The notes below the pieces were generated by a model. The model searched no databases. It saw only the letters and a list, made by a program, of their open reading frames with translations, and had not been told where the DNA came from. DNA of 27,087 nt. It comes from Vitrella brassicaformis CCMP3155 (taxonomy: Eukaryota; Protista; Chromerida). This document shows, piece by piece, positions 1 to 9,558 of the stretch. The position numbers and the translations under genes were made by a program. The stretch lies in NCBI GenBank assembly GCA_001179505.1, contig CDMY01000724.1, positions 1 to 27,087 of the forward strand, written 5' to 3'. How positions within the stretch are numbered: position 1 is the stretch's first letter; every line of letters starts with the position of its first letter.

Positions 1-401
1 GGAGAGAGAAGAAGACAAGGAAAGACAAGGAAAGCATTCTGAGGAGACACGATCTTATCAGCCATCACCGAAGTGAGATCTGTGTTGACCACCCTTCATG
101 ATGCCATACATGGACAGAAACAACTTTGACTGACTGGTCAGTCCATCGGTCTTACTAAAGTGAAAACACTCTTACTGGGACTTACCGCCCAGCAGATCCT
201 CTATTCAGCTAACTACAGGAAAGGTCCTCACCGGCCTTGTCGCACACTTTCCAGATCCTTCACACCCCAATGCAATCGGAATCAGGTCGAGCTCGCACTC
301 AAGGCAGTCGTTTCAGGGAGCACCCTAGGCGGCCTGACGGCCAAGGACTTGTGAGGGAAAGGTATATGGCTCATCTATCAGCTTCATGAAATGTTTGTGC
401 T

Positions 402-1433
402 GTGCTTGGCTTTGCTCGTTGTCAGATCCATTACTGGCTCTTGATCCATCGAAATGCAGCGGCAACGTCGTCCCTCAACAGTTGGCTCGTGTACCGCGGC
501 CACGTGAGTGCGGAGGAGTGCCATCGCGCGAAAATGGATGCGCTGAGAGCGAGGCAGGATGAACAGGATGCTTGTCGAGAGGCGGCCCAGCGGGAGCGGC
601 ACCAGCAACAGAGAAGAGACGATGAGGCCAGACGACAGGCCAATGAGCAGTACAGTCGGTCGCGCCTCGACCCAGAGCTGCAGCGCCGTGCAGCCCTTAC
701 AGCTCAGAAGGCGGCTCTCGAGGGCGACAACACTCAGCTTCGCCACGAGCTGGACCGACTCAACGACACGCGAGAAGCGCTCGGCCGTGAGGTGCAGCGA
801 CAGACGGCAATCGAAGCGAGTCTCACCCAGCAGAGGGCGGACCGGCTTGTGGTGCGTGACAATCTATCTGCGGCCACTGAGACGCTCTCTCGGCAGAACA
901 GCGTCCTCTCTCAGCAGGTGGAGAGGCTCAGCCAGCAGAAAGCCGCCCTCGAGACCGCCCGCAACGCGGCCTCCCGTGACCTGGAAGCAATCGAGCGAGA
1001 GAATCGACGATTGCGCCAGCTGCTGACCGGCTGTTTAGATGGAGATCGCATTCGCAGCTGCCCCAACAACCTGCACAACCAAGATCCAAACCACTACTGC
1101 CCGTCGTGTCCGTTTGCCATCATTGCCTACCACCGCACCACCGAGCAGAGCGCCAAGAACATTCAGTCTGTCGGGATCGACATCTCCCACTGCAAGGAGA
1201 ATCGCTGTGCGGGGAAGGGTTTCTACTGCGCATCGGCGGAATTCATCACCAACCACAAGGTCCCTGATCCGCGACGGGCTGAATCGACGTGGATGGTGAA
1301 GCTAGGGCTGCGTCTTCGCAATGTGCTGGAGCTCGATCACCGCGACACATCGCTCAACGAGCGGGCCCTGAGGCTGCGAAACATCGATTCAGTCATCCTC
1401 ACGTCCGAGAATGGGCTTGAATTCATCATGTAA
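402..1433 (+). CDS. Coiled-coil protein with C-terminal PARP/Gig2-like ADP-ribosyltransferase (ART) domain
   Basis: Long ORF; likely start ATG 534 (MDALRARQ) or an upstream exon. About 170 aa of E/Q/R/L-rich heptad coiled coil, then a Cys/His cluster (CPNNLHNQDPNHYCPSC), then YHRT...GKGFYCA...GLEF, matching the H-Y-E catalytic triad spacing of ARTD-class enzymes. The 3' end may be spliced to 1504-1576 (see findings). Confidence 0.7.
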   Translation: MLGFARCQIHYWLLIHRNAAATSSLNSWLVYRGHVSAEECHRAKMDALRARQDEQDACREAAQRERHQQQRRDDEARRQANEQYSRSRLDPELQRRAALTAQKAALEGDNTQLRHELDRLNDTREALGREVQRQTAIEASLTQQRADRLVVRDNLSAATETLSRQNSVLSQQVERLSQQKAALETARNAASRDLEAIERENRRLRQLLTGCLDGDRIRSCPNNLHNQDPNHYCPSCPFAIIAYHRTTEQSAKNIQSVGIDISHCKENRCAGKGFYCASAEFITNHKVPDPRRAESTWMVKLGLRLRNVLELDHRDTSLNERALRLRNIDSVILTSENGLEFIM

Positions 1434-2155
1434 GCGAGAGATAGGCGAGGGGTGCATATGTATTGCCTCCGCTGTGCTGGTCCGTGTGTCTGTGTATGTG
1501 CACCTATAACAAGAAGATGGCCGACATTTTGCAAGTCTACGGGCCTGACGATCCCAGGCCTTTCTGGGCACTATGACGCTGTTTCCGTGTGTGTCGAGTG
1601 AGGCTATGCCGTGTGTAAGGCAAAAAGCCAGAGAGACTGTGTCCTACTGCGGGGGACTGTACTTGTTTGCAGCGTCTGGTTGTGTGTTGTTGGGCCTAAA
1701 TAGGTGATTGGCAGACCCAAGACAGCCCATCAAATGTGACATTGACACATAGACGTGCTTTCTTGATCGATATCGTGACAATCAAGCAGTCGGCTGCATC
1801 GGAGACGCAGTGTCGCTCATCCATTGCCTGCACGTCTATATCTCCATGAGTGTTCGTTAGTGCGTTCGATTCCCCTGTCCGAAACAACGATTGAAATATC
1901 ACTGCAGCATGCGTGAAGCATGCCGCTTATAGGTCCCTGTCTGTTGGATCAGACAGTCAAACCGATCGCGCGCTTGCTGAGGTCCTTTTCCCTCGCCTCG
2001 AAAAAGGCGGACAGTGACAGAGGACTCGCAACGTGTGGCGAAGAGGGCGTGAGAGGTTCTTTTAAGGTAGGCCCCACCAGCCTCTGCTGCCGTGCCATGC
2101 GCCTGACCTGACTCTCTTCTGTTTGATGGCTGGCAGTGAGTGTCACGGGACCGTC

Positions 2156-4255
2156 ATGGCTGACGGGCGGTCGCAGGCCCCCTCGACGCTCGAGTCGGTG
2201 ACGGGCGAGATGCTGCAGAATATGATGGACGACATGCGCCGCGCGATGGACAGGGAACGACAGCAGAGCGACAAACGCATCAAAGAACTCGAGAGCCAAC
2301 GCGACGAATACAAAAGAGAGAGGGATGAGTGGAAACGCCGATGTGAAGAGGTACACACGGATACATCAGCCATGAGGCAGAGAGAAACACATCAACACGA
2401 TGTCTGCGTTTGTCTGCAGGCCGAGGCGAAGCTGAAGGCCTTCGAGCAGGAGCCGACATTGGCGAGTCTTCATTGGGAGGGCGGCATGTACCACGGGAAT
2501 GTCCGCAACAAGATGCCCCACGGCGAGGGCACTCTGCGCACACTCGACGGCCAGACCTCACTCTACGAGGGCCAATGGGCGGACGGCAAGAGACACGGCA
2601 AAGGCAAAGAATACGCCCCGTGCCAGGTGTACGACCAGCAAGGCGGCCAAATGGGGACCAAGATCTGTCTCGTGTACGAGGGCGATTGGCAAGTCGGCAA
2701 GCGAGAGGGACAGGGCAGCGAATGTCAGGCCATCGACGGGCGAATGGCGAAGGCGTATGAGGGCGGGTGGAAAAACAACAAGCGGCACGGTCATGGGACA
2801 GAGCTCAGCCATGATGGCGAGCTGATGTACGAGGGCGAGTGGGCCAACGGAGAGAAGACCAACAGAGGGAAGGCAAAGGCGGGCTTCATGCAGCTCAAAG
2901 ACGACTACGGACAGTGGCTGGGCTACTACTATCACGGCGAGACACAAGACGGCCAGCCGAATGGGGAGGGGGAACTGCGAGACGGCCGCAGCAATGTCAT
3001 CTACAAGGGCGAGTGGAAGGACGGCAAGCGGCACGGCAGAGGCAACGAGTACGCGCCATGCCAAGTGCTCAACCAGCAACGCAGCCAATACGAGACCAAG
3101 ATCTGTGTCGTGTATGAGGGCGATTTCGTGGACGGCAAGCAACACGGTGAGGGCGAGGAGCTCACTGCCGCCAAGGTGACCTACAAAGGCGTGTGGGTCA
3201 ATGGAGTGAAGAAGGGAGACGGCGTCGCGACGGGCATGCCGTGGGAAGAGTATTACTACCACGGCCCCGGACACAGCTACTATCACGGCGAGACACAAGA
3301 CGGCAAGCCAGACGGCAAGGGGGAACTGCGAGACACCAGCAATCGTGTCGTCTACAAGGGCGAGTGGAAGAACGGCAAACCGCACTGTCGTGGGACAGAA
3401 TTCCGCCATGATGGCGAGCTGATGTATGAGGGCGAGTGGGCAAACGGAACCAAGACCAACAGAGGGGAGGGAAAGGTGGGCGACATGGAGCTCAAAGACG
3501 ACAACGGACAGCATTTGGGCTATTACTTCGGCGAGACACGAGACGAGCAGCCAAATGGAGAGGGGGAGTTGCGATACCGCAGCAGCGTCGTCTACAAGGG
3601 CACTTGGAAGAACGGCAAGCGGCACGGCCAGGGAAAGGCCTACTACACCATCGGTTATGGTCCTGTCTTGTGGCTCGATGGCGAATGGACAGAGAATAAG
3701 GCCCAGAACGGCACGCTCTTCCCTGACGGCACCTATGGGGGAGAAAACCATGACGGCAGCCCTATGTATCCCACCAAGCCTATTCGCTGGGAGGCGGGGC
3801 AGAAGCTAGACGATTGGGATTTGGGGGCGGATGCAACTTGCACGGGTGGCTGCGGGAGCTGCGTTTGTCGGCGTTTTTCCCTCCTGGTGCCCTGTGATTG
3901 GGAGTGTGTCTCTCGTGGCTGGCTGGCTGTGTTATCTGTGTTATGTGTCTGGGGGTCTATGTGTATCTCATGTGTCTGGGAGGAGAGGAGGCTGCTATTC
4001 CGCTTTCTCGTTTTCCTGGTGGTTGTTCGGCTGCCGTTTGATGTAGGTGTGTGTTGGTATCTCCGTTGGCTGGGCGTGTCGGTGTCTTGGCTGCCTGTGT
4101 GCTTGTGCATTGAGGTGTTGCTTTGGATGTCCCGTGGCCTCACACAAGGCCTACTGACTGCAGGTGGGTCTGTTAAGGTGTCTCTGTTGGCCTTCTCTCT
4201 GGCTGTCTGGTCGATGTCTGTTTTGCTCGATGTCGGTTTTGCTTTGTGGGCGTAA
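2156..4255 (+). CDS. MORN-repeat protein with N-terminal coiled coil
   Basis: Many YEGEWxxGKxHGxG-type MORN motifs from about 2480 to 3720. Probable in-frame intron 2351-2419 (GAG|gtacac...ctgcag|GCC, 69 nt). After about 3820 the ORF is GT-rich low-complexity sequence and probably not real coding, so the true stop is uncertain. Confidence 0.85.
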
Positions 4256-5065
4256 AGAGTGCGACTTGGAAGTAGGTGTCTGCAGATTTGCTGTCTCTGC
4301 GTCTGTATGGTGTGTAAGCGTGTGACATCTGCCGCCCTGTGTTAAATTGCTCAAACAACAATTGATCTGCTCATATGAGCGACTCTTCTGTGAGCAGTTT
4401 CGGTCTTTGTACACACATTTTTGGTGAGGAGAGAGTGGGCGACAGGCAGGCAGGCAGGCAGGACATTGCACTCACTCGCGCACGCATGTGTTCAGATAGC
4501 CGGGCTCCACGAGCAAACGGCCGGCTTTCTTTATGGCACAGACGACGACGAGACAGGGGGAAAGAGGGAGAGAATAAGGCTGATCTTGAAAACGAAAGGC
4601 ATACTCGCATGGATAAAACAATTAATGAAGACACCGATCTACCGTCATCGTCACAAATCCATTGCACCACACACCCTGCCAGCCGTCCACCTGCTATGTG
4701 CCGCTTTGCGCCTCCCTCACCCCATTCCACCAGCCGCCACCCATTGCATTCCATTCACGCACACAAAGACACAAAAACGGTCTTCAACAATGCGGGCAGG
4801 TATGCACACGCACTCACACATGAAAGCTGCCGATTAAAATACACAAAATGTCCTTTCTCTGCTGCCCGGTATGTCTGTAAGTGTACAGTGGGTGTCGGTA
4901 TGTTCACTGGAGCCGCCCCTCTGTGGTGGTCATCTCGGGCGCATTGTCTGCAGAGGCCATCACCGCATCACCGCTCTGGTCCACCTGCACCCAACACACA
5001 ACACACAACCCATGTGTGTCCTCGTGTGTGTCTCCCATATGGCCTGCCTACCTATCATCCCTCGA

Positions 5066-8000
5066 TCACCTCACTTGGTCTCGCTGGTGCTTGTCGCGTA
5101 CGCCCCCGCCGCCGGTGTCGCCCTCGTTGTTGCCATTGTTGTGGTGTCCCTCTTCCTCCTCTTCAATGGCGTCGACGCCGTTCTCCATGGGGTCGTGCTC
5201 GCGGCCAGCAGGGAGCACATCCACATCGTCACCTGTGTGTGCACATTGGGGTGTGAGGGTGGGTGTGGGTGCGCCTGGATGGGTGTGGGGTTACTTGCGA
5301 GTCGCTGCTGGTAGGGCCGCTTGACGCCCGAGCGGGGGGTCTCCTCCTCGCCGTTCAACTCGTCCTCTAAATGGCACACATAGCACACAGACAGGAGACA
5401 GGCAGTGTGTATGCATGGGGGGGGGGGTGAATGGGTGTGTATGGGGCGTCATCTCACCGTCTGCGCCCTCCTCGTCGTCGTCTTCGTCGCCCATCTCCAT
5501 GTCGTTGTCCACATCCATACCTAAACACAAACACAGAGAGAGAGAGAGGGAGAGATATCCTTTGGTGCAGATGCGTTTCTCGATTTCTCAAGTGAGTACC
5601 CATCGTTCGGCCGTCCCGGTTGTCGCGGTCTCTATCTCGGTCTTTGATGGCCGGCTGGCGGGAGCGACGCTGCGAAGGCGCTCCCTCACGCGGCAAAGGC
5701 GCTCCCTCACGACGCAAACGACCCTGATCGATGAGTGCGTGGATGAATGGGTGGATGAATGTGTGGATCAAACACCGACCCACCTGCATGGGCATGACGT
5801 TCTTTCGCGATGCGTTTCGCATGGTGTCGACACGCGAGGGGCCGTAGCGCATCGCACGCGACCGGCCGAAACCAACTGAATACACACATGCACACACACA
5901 CACCTAGATGTGCGGGGTGGGGAGTTGTGTTGTGTGGCTGCATACACTCTCGCTCATCGTCGAAGAGGGCCCCGCCGCCGCGCTCGCCGCCTTCCTTGCG
6001 CTTGAGGAAATGGGGGTCCACCGCTATCTATGGGTGGACGCAGATGGACACATACACGGTGGGGTGTGTCGTGGCGTGGGTGTGATGTGTACCTGTATGT
6101 CTAGTTTTCGGATCATTTCGCCTATGTCGATCATCTGCTTGGCCTGTGCGTCCATCTGCTGCTGAGTCAACACGCCCTCCCCACTATCCTTGGTCGAATC
6201 CTGCACACACACACACACACACACACACATCGGTGGTCATCAGTATGTGTGTGTGGTCTGGTGTGTGTACCTCGTCTGTGTCTCCTTCGCTGAATATGAC
6301 GTGGTTGGAGCTGTGGTCTATCACCGCGTTGATCTGACCCTGCAGACATCGTCATGCACGTGTGTGTAGGGGGGGCCACGCCACGCCATTCCCATCTCTC
6401 TCCCCCCTCTCCCTTTCTCCACTTACCCGTGTAATCATGTCGAAGACCATCGTCTCGGCCTCGTCCACAGACTGCACACATCCACACATCCATCCATCCA
6501 TCCATCACACGAGAGGCACACGTCCAACGCTCATGCGTCTACCTGAAGCTGCACTCGCTGTCTGATGTCGTCGAGGGAGAGGGTGAGATACGTAGACGTC
6601 AGGTTCACTATCATGCGACGATGCAGCGCCTGATATATGGATGGACAGAGACATGCGTGTGGATGGATGGACAGATGCGTGTGTGTGTGTGTGTGTGTGT
6701 TTGTGTGGTGTCGATCTTACAGCGCTGCACTGTTTGGCGAGTCCCATGTTTTGGTCGCGGTTGAGTATGTCGACAGAGGAGGGGCCGCTCAGCACACGGG
6801 CCATCTTGACAGTATCCTGCACACAGACACACACATACACACACACGTACACCAATGTGAGTGCATTTGGGGGGATGGGTACTTTGCTTTTGAACGCGTC
6901 GATGATGTCATTGTAGGGCGACAGACCCTGCACAGACGGCGCACAAGTGAGGACGCTTGTGCCCTGTGTATGTCTCGTGTGAGTGTCTGTGTATACCGTT
7001 GCGCCTGAAGACTGCGAGCGGTAGTTGTGATGGCCGCTGGAGGGAGCGATAGCACGAGACAACGCCTACACACACACGCGCACACACATGGAATGCGAAT
7101 GTGCATATGTGCATGTGAATGTGCATGTGTGCAGCACACTCACAGGTGAGGATTTGGGTGTCTGGGGGCCCTCGCCGTGTTCGATCAGATGCACCAACAC
7201 CAGCTTCTTCCACGCGTCAATCTGACATTCACACACACACACCCGCATGTGTACGCGCACCCATCAGTACACCCACATCTATGGGGCCATCCACACCTGG
7301 ATGGCCGACACACATGTGCCGGGGCAGCAGAGCACGAGATTGAGGAACTGAATGGCGCGGGGGTACTCCTGCACAGCACACACAAACACCACACACGCAT
7401 AAAATGAGTGCATGTGTAATCAGGGTGGGTGTGTGGTGTGGTTGCCTTGAGTCCGATGTGTATCATGGCGCCGTAGTAGAAGTACAGCAGAAAATCCTCC
7501 ACGTACAGACACGTTTGCTAAGAACACACACACACACATGTGCTGTGTAGACCCTCTTGTGTGTGCAGATTTACCTTCGGCTTGAGATCGAGAATGGGCA
7601 CCTCTATCACGTCGACGGCGTACGTGTAGTGCTTCAGCTTCAGACACACCTGCCACACACACACACACACAGCAACACTGCCATCCGCCTGTGTCTGTGT
7701 GTGAGTGTCGTTCCTCACTTTGAGGAATTCCGGGGTATGGGTGTGAGCACATGGGGCGCCGGCTGCAGCTTGCCGATCGCCGCCTTCAACGCAGGCAACG
7801 AACGCAGACCTGCATTGCCGCCACACCCACACACCCACACCCACACACCCACACACACACACAGCATACACACATAGACACGTGTGTATGTGTGTATGGC
7901 GGTGTGTGTGTGCGTGTGTGCCTTGCGGGAGCTGCATGGCCATCTCTGAGTATCGGTAACAAATGGAGTAGAACTCGCGAGCCACCAGCTTGATCTACAC

Positions 8001-8231
8001 CACACACACACACACACACACCCGTCCATCTTTTGTGCCCCTGCGTGTGTGTGTGCAGGTGTGTGTGTGTGTGTGTGTGTGTGTACCTGTGTGGCGTCGC
8101 AGTCCTTGAGGAAGTTGGTCACGTAGCGGAACACCGCATTCCGGTCGGCGTTGTCGTCCATGTGCCTCATCTGAGACCTGCACACACAGCACACACAGCA
8201 CACCCAACGCACCACACACACAACATGCTCA

Positions 8232-8283
<52 letters not shown>

Positions 8284-8365
8284 GAGGTCGCACCGCAGCA
8301 GCACGGTGATGACGGCAGAGTGGGTGGCGTTGCTGAGGGTGTTCAGGAGGGTGGCCACATTCTCT
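5066..8365 (-). CDS. CSN3: COP9 signalosome complex subunit 3 (PCI domain), about 19 exons
   Basis: Phase-consistent exon chain spelling ...VEDFLLYFYYGAMIHIGLK|EYPRAIQFL...IDAWKKLVLVHLI...RDQNMGLAKQCSA|ALHRRMIVNLTSTYLTLSLDDIRQRVQLQ|SVDEAETMVFDMITR|GQINAVID...DIQ|IAVDPHFLKRK. This parallels CSN3 motifs I recall (FLCYYYYGGMIYTGLK, DNNMGLVKQ, LTKTFLTLSLQD, ITVNPQFV). Stop TGA at 5066-5068. Start codon unresolved (possible extra exon 8431-8482). One apparent 1-nt deletion at 7732-7735. Confidence 0.88.
7369..7445 (-). other. GC-AG intron in CSN3
   Basis: AAG|gcaacc...gtgcag|GAG joins HIGLK to EYPRA in frame, with no gap against the CSN3 motif GLKxxxRA. I saw no suitably placed GT donor. Confidence 0.75.
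7810..7921 (-). other. GC-AG intron in CSN3
   Basis: CAA G|gcacac...atgcag|GT CTG joins QLPQ-G-LRSLPALKAAI in phase 1, matching the CSN3 QPLRGIGILKQAI register. Confidence 0.7.
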
Positions 8366-8424
8366 GCAGACACACACACAGGTACATCCACCAAACCAGA
8401 TGGCGCCCCTCTCTCTCCGTCTCT

Positions 8425-9050
8425 CCGCACCTGATTCATGTGTTGGGTGGACCGGGCCACAGCCAGAGAGGGAAACACGTGCCTGCAGAGATGGACGACA
8501 ATGGGAGAGGGAGGTCAGACAGAAAGGCAAAGAAGGGATGCAGGCAGGGGCAAGCCGAGAGCAATCCTCCGACGCCCGAATGAGCCTCGGACGCATCCGT
8601 CGAGGGCAGACACCATCAGCCAAACCACACAAAGAGCTTGTCGATGGCGGTGATTTGCACACGTATCCTCCCCCCCTTTGATGAGTGGCAATGAGTGGTC
8701 TCCATATACTCCATAATAGATAAGAACCATCACGCCCACAAAGCCACACTCCCATCCCTGCACATATACTCAGCCAGACAGACAGACAGACAGAGATGGC
8801 GACTTATTTGATCTTCTGGCTGCTTCTCGCTGCTCGTGTGGCCTTCCTGTGAGCCTCTCTGCGAGGGGATCTGCCATTTTCCGCGCCTGCCTCTTTGAAT
8901 ATCTAAGCTCGCATTCATTGCCGATCGCGGGAGGCTTCTTCCCATTGCAAGTGCGTCAAGGGGTGGCTGGCGTGTCCACTGAAGCACTCAATATGCGCGG
9001 GGTTTGCGAATTTTGTGTGTGCGCGTGTCAGCAGCACACGGCAGACACAC
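8425..9050 (-). repeat. Dispersed leader/promoter module upstream of CSN3, homologous in inverted orientation to 24690-25195
   Basis: Exact reverse-complement anchors in collinear order: 9000-9013/24736-24749 (14 bp), 8902-8913/24789-24800 (12 bp), 8839-8862/24848-24871 (24 bp), 8481-8496/25088-25103 (16 bp). Confidence 0.8.
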
Positions 9051-9558
9051 CCACACATTCGTGGAATGCGTGCAGTAGATAGGCTGGAAGTCTGACGACA
9101 ACTCGCACGTTCAGATTATCATCGATTCAATCCGTAATGTCCCGACAATATCCCTCCTCAATAAGGGTGGGGGCGCAGCTGGTGGTAGACACGCAGTCAC
9201 AAGGGTGGTGGGTGACTCACACATTCATCCAGCGAACACGCATCGATTTATTTCCTTGTGCGCATCTCCAGTATGGATGATAACCAAATGTGTATACAGC
9301 ACAGCTCGCCGTTCGTTTGTTGCGGTCTCTCTCATTTGTGTGTATTGTGTGTTTGCATGCCCCCCCCATGTCTCTCTTGTCTGTCAGCAAGCTGCAAAAT
9401 CGCCACAGTATTCAACACGACAGACCAGGCTCTATCGACTACGACAAAGAACGGCCTATGTCCCCCCACCCCCCATCCATCCCATCTTGCGCAGCGAAGA
9501 CACAGACAGACACCAGTGAGTGCTGTCTTGATGGCCTTAAATCTAGCTCTAGCTCTAG

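Noticed and set aside
1-360. Possible coding exon(s) at the window start
   Set aside because: Short frames with stops and no phase-consistent link to the ART gene; cannot be supported.
2600-3700. Recurrent 25-30 bp DNA repeats that might suggest a CRISPR-like array
   Set aside because: They are codons of MORN cassettes in one reading frame, with irregular spacing and eukaryotic context.
2558-3751. 397-aa minus-strand hydrophobic-looking ORF
   Set aside because: Antisense shadow of the MORN repeats, caused by GC-rich codon bias.
4375-5256. 293-aa + strand ORF
   Set aside because: Low-complexity translation overlapping the antisense of the CSN3 last exon and 3' region; no domain signal or splice support.
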